DNA of 64,000 bases from Myxococcota bacterium (GTDB lineage Bacteria; Myxococcota; UBA4151), in contig JAYZBQ010000048.1 of NCBI GenBank assembly GCA_036338695.1, positions 64,001-128,000 of the forward strand, given 5' to 3'. The stretch's first letter is position 1, and each line of letters opens with the position of its first letter. This document shows, one piece after another, positions 34,086 through 43,291 of this stretch. The notes below the pieces were generated by a model, which ran no database searches, was not told the DNA's origin, and was given only the letters and a program-made list of their open reading frames with translations. The position numbers and the translations under genes are program-made.

Positions 34086-35770
34086 GCGTCCTCCATCGCT
34101 TGGCGCCACGTTGCCTTAGCAGAAGTCAGCGCCTCCTGAGCAGCTTTAACGCCCTGCGCGCTGCGATATTCGAAATAGGTCTTCACCTTGGGCTCCGTCC
34201 CGGACGGGCGAATCAAGATCCTCAACTCGTCCTCATCTAAGCCATAATGGAGCGCGATCAGATTCGCCGACAGCGCCTCGTCCCAAGGCGCACCGTCTTG
34301 AAAATCGTGCCGGTGCAGCAGCGCCAGCGCGCCAAGTTGCGGTGGAGCATGGCGCCGCGCGCGCTCGACCGCAGCCGCCATCTGCTGCCCTGCGGCGACG
34401 CCCTCAAAGCGCTGCACCCACTGCGAGGACACGAACGCCCCGATCTCAGCGTAAAGCATCTCGAGCTGCTCGAGCAGCGTCAGACCTTCCGCCTTGAGCT
34501 GCCGCGTGCGGTGGGCGAAGGCGAGCGCAGCGCTGACGCCGTCCTTATCGGCGACGGCTTCGCCGACGCAGTAGCCCAAGGCCTCCTCGTAACCGAATAA
34601 GAACGCCTGGTCGGGGCGACGTCGCCGCTCGGCCATGATCCATTTAAACCCGGTGAGCGCACTGACGAAGTGATGACCGCAGCGGGCAGCGAGCGCTGCT
34701 AAGGCTTGCGACGACACGATCGAGGCAGCCACCAAGGCGGGCTCATCGCCGTGGGCGCGCAGGCAGTGATCACCGAGTAAAAGCCCGATCTCGTTGCCGT
34801 TGAGCAGGCGCCATCCCCCAGCGTCAGGGACCGCGACCGCCAGCCGATCCGCGTCGGGGTCGTTGGCGAGCAAGAGGTCTGCGCTGACCCGTTCAGCCAG
34901 CGCCAGCGCGAGGTCGAGCGCGCCGTCCTCCTCTGGGTTCGGGAAATCAACCGTCGGAAACCGACCATCGGGTTGATGCTGCTCCTCGACAATATGGACC
35001 TCAAAACCAGCGGCTTGGAGCACGCGACAAACCGACTCCCCGCCGACGCCATGCATCGCAGTGTAGACGACACGCACCGGTGTCTGGGTTGGGCTTGTGG
35101 CAGGCGTCCCTTCCGTGACCTGCTGCAGATACACGGCAAGTTCAGCCTCGCCCAACATCGCTAGCTCGGGTCCCTCGTGCCCTTCAGGCAGCGCAGCGAG
35201 CTCACAGGCAGGACCGCTCGCATGTCGAGCGATCGCCGCAGCGATCCGATCATCGATGGGCGGGATGATCTGGGCCGCGTGGTCCCAGTAGACTTTAAAG
35301 CCGTTATCTTGAGGGGGATTGTGCGAGGCCGTCACCTGAATGCCGGCGAGCGCACCCAGGCGACGGACCCAAAATGACGTGGCCGGTGTCGGCCCCGGGC
35401 TGTCCCACAGGAACACCTTGAACCCACGCGCCCGAAGCACCGCAGCCGACTCCAGCGCAAAGGCGCTCGATCGATGACGCGCGTCGAAACCGATGACGAC
35501 CCCGCGCGCCGGGTCAGCGCCTCCTGCGCTCAAAACGTCGGCCAGACCGTGACAGGTCTGACGGATCACGGCGGTGTTCATCGCGTGAGGACCAGCGCCG
35601 ATCGGGCCGCGCAGCCCGGCGGTGCCAAAGCTGAGGCGCCCGGCAAAACGCTGGGCCAAGAGGGGTTCATCACCCCGCTCAAGGGCTCGCTCAAGCTCTG
35701 CTCGATCAACCGGATCCGGGTCTCCATCGATCCAAGCCTGCACCCGTCGCCGTAACGCCTCATTCACCAC
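34082..35770 (-). CDS. Phosphomannomutase/phosphoglucomutase (alpha-D-phosphohexomutase)
   Basis: FGTAGLRG, TASHNP, DPDADR, GYEEA and RPSGTEPK. Confidence 0.94.
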   Translation of the reverse strand: MVNEALRRRVQAWIDGDPDPVDRAELERALERGDEPLLAQRFAGRLSFGTAGLRGPIGAGPHAMNTAVIRQTCHGLADVLSAGGADPARGVVIGFDARHRSSAFALESAAVLRARGFKVFLWDSPGPTPATSFWVRRLGALAGIQVTASHNPPQDNGFKVYWDHAAQIIPPIDDRIAAAIARHASGPACELAALPEGHEGPELAMLGEAELAVYLQQVTEGTPATSPTQTPVRVVYTAMHGVGGESVCRVLQAAGFEVHIVEEQHQPDGRFPTVDFPNPEEDGALDLALALAERVSADLLLANDPDADRLAVAVPDAGGWRLLNGNEIGLLLGDHCLRAHGDEPALVAASIVSSQALAALAARCGHHFVSALTGFKWIMAERRRRPDQAFLFGYEEALGYCVGEAVADKDGVSAALAFAHRTRQLKAEGLTLLEQLEMLYAEIGAFVSSQWVQRFEGVAAGQQMAAAVERARRHAPPQLGALALLHRHDFQDGAPWDEALSANLIALHYGLDEDELRILIRPSGTEPKVKTYFEYRSAQGVKAAQEALTSAKATWRQAMEDA

Positions 35771-35848
35771 AGCGGCCTCCTTCTGCCCCTACGCTTTTCA
35801 AACCGTCAAAGGTCGCGCAAGGTTGCTCCGGATTTGGGAGACCCAAAC

Positions 35849-36613
35849 GTGTTGCGATTATTGTCCCTGCTCGGCGCCGTCGTTCTTTTGACCCACTGCG
35901 CTGGAGCGCCAAAATCCCTCGACGTCGACTCCGATGAGCCGCTCAACGGCGCCGTCCGAAAACCGGTCAAAAAGGAGCCAGGCAAGAGCGAGATCCTCCT
36001 CGATGGCCGGATCTACAAGGTGCGCTGGGGCGATGGCGACACCTTCCGGCTCAAGACGCTGACCGGCAAGAAGAAGAGCGCACGACTCGCAGGGTTCAAC
36101 ACCCTCGAATCCTACGGCCCCGTTCACCGCTGGGGCGAATGGACAGCCGATGAACTCTATCAGCTAGCGAACGCAGCGGGCGTCGTCGCAGCAGCGCAGG
36201 GGTGGACCTGCTCCAAGCAGCCTGGCGGCGGCGGCTATGGGCGGTTGCTGGTGGCGTGCCCCGAGCTCGAGCGCGTGCTCTTGGAGAAAGGCTTAGCGCA
36301 TATCTTTTCTATCGATGGACCCGGCGATCCGGAGCTCTTGGCGCTGCAACGCAAAGCGCAGGAAGAGCGCGTCGGCATGTGGGAAAAGGGCGTACCGCAA
36401 GGGGTCGTGACCAGCCTTCACAGCGCCAACGAACGCTCGGACCGCAAGCAAGCGTACGACCGCGTCGTGAGCGCATCCACCGGCGAGGCGCCGACGATCA
36501 AGCACACCGAGAACTACGAGGTCTGTCAGGAGGTCTGCCACCAAGGCAGCTGCATGCTCTACGTCCCCTACCGACTTCGATACGGCGCTAAAAAGGCGAG
36601 CTGCCTGCGCTAA
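35849..36613 (+). CDS. Thermonuclease-family lipoprotein, paralog of 19967-20908
   Basis: Lipobox LTHC, GDGDTF, RLAGFNTLE, GYGR and A...RVGMW. Confidence 0.85.
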   Translation: MLRLLSLLGAVVLLTHCAGAPKSLDVDSDEPLNGAVRKPVKKEPGKSEILLDGRIYKVRWGDGDTFRLKTLTGKKKSARLAGFNTLESYGPVHRWGEWTADELYQLANAAGVVAAAQGWTCSKQPGGGGYGRLLVACPELERVLLEKGLAHIFSIDGPGDPELLALQRKAQEERVGMWEKGVPQGVVTSLHSANERSDRKQAYDRVVSASTGEAPTIKHTENYEVCQEVCHQGSCMLYVPYRLRYGAKKASCLR

Positions 36614-36619
36614 GAGGGA

Positions 36620-37696
36620 GTGATCATGTACGGCTTGATCCGGCCGCTGCTGTTCCTCTTTTCCGCCGAGACAGCGCATCATATCGGCTTGTTCCTCGCT
36701 CGCTGCGTTGCGCCGATCAGCGGCCTGCTGCGGCGCCTCGTGATGCCGAACTGCGTACGTCTTGAGCAGGAGCTTCTCGGGGGTAAGTGGGCGCACCCGA
36801 TCGGGCTCGCCGCCGGGCTCGATAAAGACGGCCGCGCAGCCGCAGGCTTCGCCGCTTTTGGCTTCGCTGCGGTTGAGATCGGCACGATCACTGCGCATGC
36901 CCAGCCAGGCAACCCTCGCCCGCGCCTCTTTCGCCTCAAGGCGGACCGCGCCATCATCAACCGCTTCGGCTTCAATAACCCCGGCTGTGAGCACGCCAAA
37001 ACAACACTCGCCAGGCATCGCCTGCCCTGCCCGCTCGGTGGAAACATCGGCAAATCGAAGATCACCGCCAACGAGGACGCGTTGTCGGATTACTGTCTGA
37101 GCGTGGCGGCGATTGGTCCCCACGTTGACTACCTCGTGATCAACGTCTCGAGTCCGAACACGCCCGGCCTAAGAGATCTGCAGCAACTCGACGCGCTCAA
37201 GCCATTGATCGAAGGGGTCCAAGCGGCGATTGGCGCGCTCGAGCGGCGCGTCCCGCTCGCGCTCAAGGTCGCACCTGACTGCGCCGACGAGGACCTCGAG
37301 GCGATCGCCGAGCTCGCCGTTGCGACCGAGCTCGACGCGCTGATCGCGACCAACACCACGATCGGGCGCGATGGGTTGACCGCGTCACCTCAAGCCGTCG
37401 CAGCGATCGGCGCGGGAGGTTTGAGCGGCGCGCCGCTCCAAGACCGTGCCCGGGCGGTCACGGCGCTGCTCGCGCGCGCCTTGCAAGGGCGAGTGCCGCT
37501 GATCTCAGTCGGCGGCATCGACAGCGGCGAGGAGGTCTACCGACGCATCCGCCTCGGCGCCTCGGCGGTCCAAATCTACAGCGCCGTGATCTACGAGGGA
37601 CCGCTGCTCGCCGCGCGCATGGCGCGCGAGTTGGACCGCTCTTTGCAACGAGACGGATTCAGCCACGTCCAGCAGGCGATAGGGGTGGATCTTTGA
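36620..37696 (+). CDS. pyrD: Quinone-dependent dihydroorotate dehydrogenase (class 2)
   Basis: GLAAGLDK, QPGNPRPRLFRL, INVSSPNTPGLR, TNTT and GGLSG. Confidence 0.96.
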   Translation: MIMYGLIRPLLFLFSAETAHHIGLFLARCVAPISGLLRRLVMPNCVRLEQELLGGKWAHPIGLAAGLDKDGRAAAGFAAFGFAAVEIGTITAHAQPGNPRPRLFRLKADRAIINRFGFNNPGCEHAKTTLARHRLPCPLGGNIGKSKITANEDALSDYCLSVAAIGPHVDYLVINVSSPNTPGLRDLQQLDALKPLIEGVQAAIGALERRVPLALKVAPDCADEDLEAIAELAVATELDALIATNTTIGRDGLTASPQAVAAIGAGGLSGAPLQDRARAVTALLARALQGRVPLISVGGIDSGEEVYRRIRLGASAVQIYSAVIYEGPLLAARMARELDRSLQRDGFSHVQQAIGVDL

Positions 37697-38304
37697 CGGT
37701 TTGTGATGTCCTCGAGCTCGGTGACCCCCGCTTGCGTGTGCGCAGCGCCGCGGTCCCTGACCAGGCGCTCGAAGGTCAGGCGCTGCAAGATCTCGTGAAG
37801 GACCTGATCGAGACGATGCGGGCACGCAACGGGGCAGGGATCGCTGCGCCGCAAATCGGGGTGGCGCAGCGGGTCTGCGTGATCGAGGTCAACGACAACC
37901 CACGCTATCCCTACAAGCCGACCATCCCGCTCACCGTCTTGATCAACCCGACGCTTGAGCGAATCGGCGAAGAGACGATCTCAGTGATCGAGGGCTGCCT
38001 CTCGGTGCCGAACCTGCGCGGACGGGTTGAGCGCGCTGCGCGCGTGCGCGTCCGCGCGCTCGACGAGCGAGGGCGCCGCGTCGAGCTCCACGCGGAGGGG
38101 CTCACGGCAGGGACTTTTCAGCACGAGCTCGACCACCTCGACGGGCTTTTGTTCGTCGATCACGTCACCGACCCAACGACGCTCACCACGATCGCCAACT
38201 ACCAGGAATTCACAGCGTCCGACTTTGCGCTCGAAGCTGCCGCCATTAATCAAGCCTATCCTCAACCCCTCAGAGTCGAGGTGGGTTCGTCCCCTTCCCT
38301 CTGA
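37693..38304 (+). CDS. def: Peptide deformylase
   Basis: GIAAPQIG, EGCLSV and QHELDHLDG. Confidence 0.96.
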   Translation: MTVCDVLELGDPRLRVRSAAVPDQALEGQALQDLVKDLIETMRARNGAGIAAPQIGVAQRVCVIEVNDNPRYPYKPTIPLTVLINPTLERIGEETISVIEGCLSVPNLRGRVERAARVRVRALDERGRRVELHAEGLTAGTFQHELDHLDGLLFVDHVTDPTTLTTIANYQEFTASDFALEAAAINQAYPQPLRVEVGSSPSL

Positions 38305-38334
38305 TTTGAACACCAACGTATCCTTGGAGCCGTC

Positions 38335-38973
38335 ATGAAATTCTTTATCGACACCGCCGACGCCGGAGAGATTCGCCAAGCCGCTGATCTCGGCTTGCTC
38401 GATGGCGTCACGACCAACCCGACCCTGATCAAACGAGCGGGCCTGCCGCGTGAAGAGGCGATCTCGACCATCTGCGATCTGGTTCCTGGGCCGGTCAGCG
38501 CCGAGGCGCTAGGCCCTGACGCCGAGACCTTCATCAAGGAGGGGCTTGAGCTCGCCAAAATAGCGGACAACGTCGTCGTCAAACTCCCCACGAACGAAGC
38601 CGGTCTCAAGGCCTGTAAGACGCTCTCTGACCAAGGCATCGACGTCAACATGACGCTGATCTTTCAACCGGTTCAGGCGCTGCTCTGCGCCCGCGCAGGT
38701 GCTCGCTTCGTGAGCCCGTTCTTAGGGCGGCTCGACGACATCTGCTCGTCCGGGATGAGCCTGATCGAAGAGCTGCGCATCATCTTTGACAACTACGGGT
38801 TCGAGACGGAGATCCTCGCGGCGTCGATCCGCAGCCCAGAGCACGTCAAACAAGCCGCCCTGCTCGGAGCCGATGTGTGCACGATCCCGTACGGGGTGAT
38901 CACCAAGCTCCTCAATCATCCGCTGACCGAGAGCGGCATCGCAGCCTTCGAGCGAGACGCAGGAGTTCGTTAG
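38335..38973 (+). CDS. tal: Transaldolase / fructose-6-phosphate aldolase family (short type)
   Basis: MKFFIDTA, GVTTNP, VVKLP, VSPFLGRLDD and AASIR. Confidence 0.9.
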   Translation: MKFFIDTADAGEIRQAADLGLLDGVTTNPTLIKRAGLPREEAISTICDLVPGPVSAEALGPDAETFIKEGLELAKIADNVVVKLPTNEAGLKACKTLSDQGIDVNMTLIFQPVQALLCARAGARFVSPFLGRLDDICSSGMSLIEELRIIFDNYGFETEILAASIRSPEHVKQAALLGADVCTIPYGVITKLLNHPLTESGIAAFERDAGVR

Positions 38974-38974
38974 G

Positions 38975-41422
38975 TTGTTTCGCCTGATCGGGTTGGGTCT
39001 ACGCGCGCTGCTTGCGCTGGTGCCGGCGCTTAGCGTCGCCATCGGCGTTTTTGCGCTCGGGCTCTACCAGACCTACCGGGACGGGCTACCTGTCGTCGAT
39101 GACGCCAGCCAGTACGACCCCCCAGCGATCACGCGCTTTGTCGCAGCGGACGGCTCCATCATCGGCGAATTCGCCGAGCAGCGCCGCATCGTCGTCCCCT
39201 ATCGCCGGATCCCCAGACAGCTCATCCAAGCCTTCCTCGCGGCCGAAGACACCGCCTTCTTCGAGCACGACGGCATCGACCCCAAGGGCGTCGTGCGTGC
39301 GGCGCTCATCAACCTGCGGGCAGGTCGCGTCCGCCAGGGCGCCTCGACGATCACCCAGCAGCTCGCCAAGCAGATGCTGGTCCGAAAGATCGGCTACGCC
39401 AAAGGCACGGAGCGCGGCCTCGGTCGCAAGATTCGGGAAGCTATTTTGGCGCGCCGGCTCGAATATACGCTGAGCAAAGAGGACATCCTCTACCTCTATC
39501 TCAACGAGATCTACCTAGGCGCAGGGGTCTACGGTGTCCAAGCTGCAGCTGAGAGTTACTTTGCAAAAAATGTCGAGGACCTGACGCTCGGAGAGATGAG
39601 TCTGCTCGCTGGCTTACCCCCAGCGCCGTCACGCTATTCGCCGATCAAAAACCCAAAGGCAGCGCGCACCAAACAGGCCTACGTCCTGCGCCGTATGGTG
39701 GAAGAGGGCTATATCTCGGTCGACGAGATGAAAGCCGCCAAGGCCGAACGAGCCGAACAGAACGTCCAGAGCAAAGAGAACCTCTTTGCGGACGTGGCGC
39801 CCTACTTCACCGAGCACGTCCGGCGCGACCTCGTCGAAGAATTCGGCGAGGAGGTCGTGCTCAAAAAGGGCGGGTGGCTGATCGAGACGACCATCGACGT
39901 CTCGAGGCAGCGGGCTGCTCGGGGCGCTCTAAAGGGAGGGCTCGATCGGCTGGATCGGCGCATGGGGTACTGGGGGCCGATCGACCGCGTGGCGCCGGGG
40001 CAGATCAGCGCCGCAGCGAAAGCCTACCAAGAGCTCAAGCTTGGCTCAGACTCGCCCAAGGTCAACGGCGAGTACATCGCCGTGGTCGAGAGCGTCTCGA
40101 GGCGCTTTGCGACGGTCCTCATCGGCTCGAAGCGCTACCCTGTCTTGCTCAAAGAGCACCGGTGGATGCGCACCGCCCGCCGGAATGCGCTGAGTAAATC
40201 CGACTACCCAGCCGATATGAGCAAAGTGCTGAACCCCGGTGACATGCTGCGCGTGGTAGTGCGTGAAGAGAAGGGGAAAACGGTCGCTCGGATCATCCAG
40301 GACCCCATGGTCGAGGGCGCGCTCGTGAGCCAAGACATCGAGACGGACTATGTGGTCGCCATGGTCGGCGGCTACGACTTTGACCGGAGCCAGTTTAATC
40401 GCGCCTTTCAGGCCTGCCGACAGCCCGGCTCGTCCTTCAAGCCGATCATCTTCTCAGCTGGGCTTGAGCACGGCGGAAAAATTCGCCGCAACGCGCCGCA
40501 TGAGGTGATCACCCCCTCGACGCTGCTGAGCGATACCCCCATCGTCCGCCACGACTGGGACACGGGCGTACGCTGGAAGCCCAACAATTACGACTCGAGC
40601 TACAGCATGGACGTCCCGCTTCGAACGGCCTTGATGCGCTCGATGAACCTACCGACCATCGATCTCTTCGAGCGTGTGGGCGCGCAGAAGGTGGTCGAAT
40701 GGGCAGGGACGCTCGGGATCAAACAAAAGCTGCACGTCGACGCATCGATCGCGCTGGGGAGTCACTGCGTGATCCCGTGGGAACTGATCCAGGTCTACAG
40801 CCTGTTCGCGCGTCAAGGTCGCACGCCTCGGTCACGCTTCATCACGCGCATCACCGATGCAGACGGGACGGTCCTGCGCGATCAAGCCGACTACCGCGAC
40901 GTCTGGGCGAGCCGCGCCGACCGCGTGGACCGGCTGGTACGCGAGGTGGACGGTCTAACCGAACCCACCATCTCGCCTGCGCTGTCCTACGTCATGACCT
41001 ATCTTCTGCAGCAGGTGGTCGAGCGGGGAACCGCCACGCGTGCGCGGATCGACGGGGTCCCGGTGGCCGGGAAGACCGGGACCACAAACGACAGCTACGA
41101 CGCCTGGTTTGTGGGCTACACCCCCCGCTTGGTCAGCGGCGTTTGGGTGGGCTTTGACCACAACGAGCGACCGCTCGGTCGATCCGAGACAGGGGGGCGA
41201 ACCGCTGCGCCGATCTGGCGTGACTACACCAAGCGCGCCATCGCCGATCTTGAGCGTGCGCGGTTTAGGGTTCCTGCCGGCGTCGAGTTCGCCGACATCG
41301 ACCCCAAAACAGGGGATGTAGGCAAAGGAGTGCGCGTCCCGTTTATCCAAGGGACCGTCCCCAAGGCGCGCCAGCGTGCACCGCAGCAGAGCGAATCGGT
41401 CGGTCTTAGCGACGAGCTTTAG
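38975..41422 (+). CDS. mrcA: Penicillin-binding protein 1A
   Basis: Transglycosylase AAED..FF.H.G and GASTITQQ; transpeptidase SSFK, SMN and KTG. Confidence 0.93.
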   Translation: MFRLIGLGLRALLALVPALSVAIGVFALGLYQTYRDGLPVVDDASQYDPPAITRFVAADGSIIGEFAEQRRIVVPYRRIPRQLIQAFLAAEDTAFFEHDGIDPKGVVRAALINLRAGRVRQGASTITQQLAKQMLVRKIGYAKGTERGLGRKIREAILARRLEYTLSKEDILYLYLNEIYLGAGVYGVQAAAESYFAKNVEDLTLGEMSLLAGLPPAPSRYSPIKNPKAARTKQAYVLRRMVEEGYISVDEMKAAKAERAEQNVQSKENLFADVAPYFTEHVRRDLVEEFGEEVVLKKGGWLIETTIDVSRQRAARGALKGGLDRLDRRMGYWGPIDRVAPGQISAAAKAYQELKLGSDSPKVNGEYIAVVESVSRRFATVLIGSKRYPVLLKEHRWMRTARRNALSKSDYPADMSKVLNPGDMLRVVVREEKGKTVARIIQDPMVEGALVSQDIETDYVVAMVGGYDFDRSQFNRAFQACRQPGSSFKPIIFSAGLEHGGKIRRNAPHEVITPSTLLSDTPIVRHDWDTGVRWKPNNYDSSYSMDVPLRTALMRSMNLPTIDLFERVGAQKVVEWAGTLGIKQKLHVDASIALGSHCVIPWELIQVYSLFARQGRTPRSRFITRITDADGTVLRDQADYRDVWASRADRVDRLVREVDGLTEPTISPALSYVMTYLLQQVVERGTATRARIDGVPVAGKTGTTNDSYDAWFVGYTPRLVSGVWVGFDHNERPLGRSETGGRTAAPIWRDYTKRAIADLERARFRVPAGVEFADIDPKTGDVGKGVRVPFIQGTVPKARQRAPQQSESVGLSDEL

Positions 41423-42386
41423 CGTCGGCGTTGCGCGCCCAGGCGTCGACGAGGTGCTTACAACCTGGTCGGGCGAAACGCCTCGTCCACACGTTGCGCA
41501 GAGGCCACAAACGGAGCTGGAGTTCGTAGCCGACATCGACAAAGCCAGCGGCTCGGTTTTTCGTGCGCGACGCAGTGTTGTGCGCTTGCAACGCCGCAAC
41601 CAGCGTCATCTCGGACGCTCGGAAATCGATTACCCAATCAGCGAGCGCGCGAGACAACCCCTGACGCCGATGCGACGGGACCACGTAGCTGTCGTGCAGG
41701 TTGGCGTAGCCAGGTTCCCACTGGCTGGTCCAGGCGCAGGCGACGGCGCGCACCTCATCATAAACGATCACGCCATACGTCGTCTCATCAGTATACCGGG
41801 GCAGCGGTAAGCCGGTGACGGCGAGCTCCTCTCGCCACGGCTCAAAGAACCCATGCTGCACTCGATACGAAGGCGCCCACTCCACGAGACGAGGCTCAGC
41901 CGGTGTCGAGATGATGATCCGTACAGAAGGAGCAAACGGTCTGAGCAAGGTGCGATAGGTGAGATAAACAGCGTTTCCTACCAGGGACCAACTCTTCGCG
42001 TCGTCGATCCGCCGACGCCATCGTCTGCGCCATGCGCCGAGCGTCTTTGGCTGAAACCACCGGTTGTAGAGCGCGCTGCGCCACCCACGCTCCACCCGCA
42101 CCACGACGCCAGCGACCTGATCCGGCTCAAGCCATGGGTCCATGTGCTCCAGGCCGTCACCGCGTGTTCGAAGTCGGCCCTCGTCTTTTTGGAGGAGTCG
42201 ATGCACCGTCAGCGAGGGCTTACCGACGTCAAACGCGAGCAGGTCACCCACTTGATATTCGTCACGAGGCGCAATCACGACGCGATCACCCTCGATCAAC
42301 GTCGGCCACATCGAGCGGCCTTGAACGCGCAAAGTGGCTCGCTCGCCGCGCCCGAGCAGATCGAGCGTCAGATCAGCGGGCCGCAT
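41406..42386 (-). CDS. S24/S26-family peptidase fused to a GNAT-like acyltransferase domain
   Basis: GRSMWPTL..GD, VHRL and TRGD in the N-terminal part. C-terminal V.PSHRRQGL and N.AS....AGF GNAT motifs. Start placed at ATG 42386. Confidence 0.8.
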   Translation of the reverse strand: MRPADLTLDLLGRGERATLRVQGRSMWPTLIEGDRVVIAPRDEYQVGDLLAFDVGKPSLTVHRLLQKDEGRLRTRGDGLEHMDPWLEPDQVAGVVVRVERGWRSALYNRWFQPKTLGAWRRRWRRRIDDAKSWSLVGNAVYLTYRTLLRPFAPSVRIIISTPAEPRLVEWAPSYRVQHGFFEPWREELAVTGLPLPRYTDETTYGVIVYDEVRAVACAWTSQWEPGYANLHDSYVVPSHRRQGLSRALADWVIDFRASEMTLVAALQAHNTASRTKNRAAGFVDVGYELQLRLWPLRNVWTRRFARPGCKHLVDAWARNADAKARR

Positions 42387-43149
42387 CAAGCACTCGCTGA
42401 ATGGCATCCACTGGAGAGTGATCAAGCGACCAACCGACACGCAAGACCGGAGTCTGGCGTAGCGCATCATACGCCCAGTCGAGGTCGTCAAAAAGATCAT
42501 CGCCGCGCAGCCGAATGAGCGCATTCGCCAGCGCAACGTGGGCGTCGTACCCGTCGACCCGCTCGATCGATGTGACCTGTTCATGAGCTGGCAGCAACAA
42601 CGCGGCGACCGGGACGCGATCCCAAAATGTCGGCAACCGCTCGCCCGGAACTAAGCACGCCTGAGCGTGGAGCGAGCGGTCAGCGGATGACAGCGCAAGG
42701 GCCTCATCGCCGAGCTCATCCCCGCCGAGCGCAGCGGTCAGTGTTGACTTCCCCGCGCCCGACAGTCCGATCGCAACCAGCGCGCCGTAGCCGGGTAGAT
42801 AGCGCCCCGCAGCGTGCGCCAGACGATCTCCACGCCGACGCAAAAAATGGGCGGATAAGCCCATGATACCATGTAAAATGGTGCGCGGTGCGCCGTGCCG
42901 AAGCGGCTGTCCGGGGAGCTCGGGATAGACCAAGGTGCCCTGATCAGTCACCGGGCCGAGCGCCAGCGTCTTGCCGCCACGGTGAGAGGACGCGCCGGGC
43001 CCAGCGACCAAGCGCGCATGCCACCAGTCTTGGTCTGTTCGGACTGGAAACCCCTCACAGAACGCTTGCGCAAGCGCTTGAGTCGTGTGGGCGTATCCCT
43101 CGAGCTCTAGGTCTAGATTAGCTGGACCCACACAGAAGGAACACGCCAC
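42373..43149 (-). CDS. HPr-kinase-like P-loop protein
   Basis: HAA, GLSGAGKST and GDE motif order typical of HPrK-like kinases found in RiPP clusters. Confidence 0.72.
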   Translation of the reverse strand: MACSFCVGPANLDLELEGYAHTTQALAQAFCEGFPVRTDQDWWHARLVAGPGASSHRGGKTLALGPVTDQGTLVYPELPGQPLRHGAPRTILHGIMGLSAHFLRRRGDRLAHAAGRYLPGYGALVAIGLSGAGKSTLTAALGGDELGDEALALSSADRSLHAQACLVPGERLPTFWDRVPVAALLLPAHEQVTSIERVDGYDAHVALANALIRLRGDDLFDDLDWAYDALRQTPVLRVGWSLDHSPVDAIQRVLDAAR

Positions 43150-43161
43150 AGCGTTGACCCT

Positions 43162-43281
43162 CTAGAAGCCGCTCGCCAAAGCGTCTTGAACCAAAGGCTT
43201 CTCGTCCCGCACACGCGGCGGGTGATAGGCCTTTCGCTCTTCGTTACGCTTCGATTGGCTGTTCTTGTTCTTCTCGTTCAT
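43162..43281 (-). CDS. Putative RiPP precursor peptide, 39 aa: MNEKNKNSQSKRNEERKAYHPPRVRDEKPLVQDALASGF
   Basis: Translated by hand; below the ORF-track cutoff. ATG 43281 has an AAGGGGG RBS and the TAG is at 43162-43164. It fills the intergenic gap and carries a YxxPxV RRE-binding motif. Confidence 0.8.
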   Translation of the reverse strand: MNEKNKNSQSKRNEERKAYHPPRVRDEKPLVQDALASGF

Positions 43282-43291
43282 CGCTACCCCC

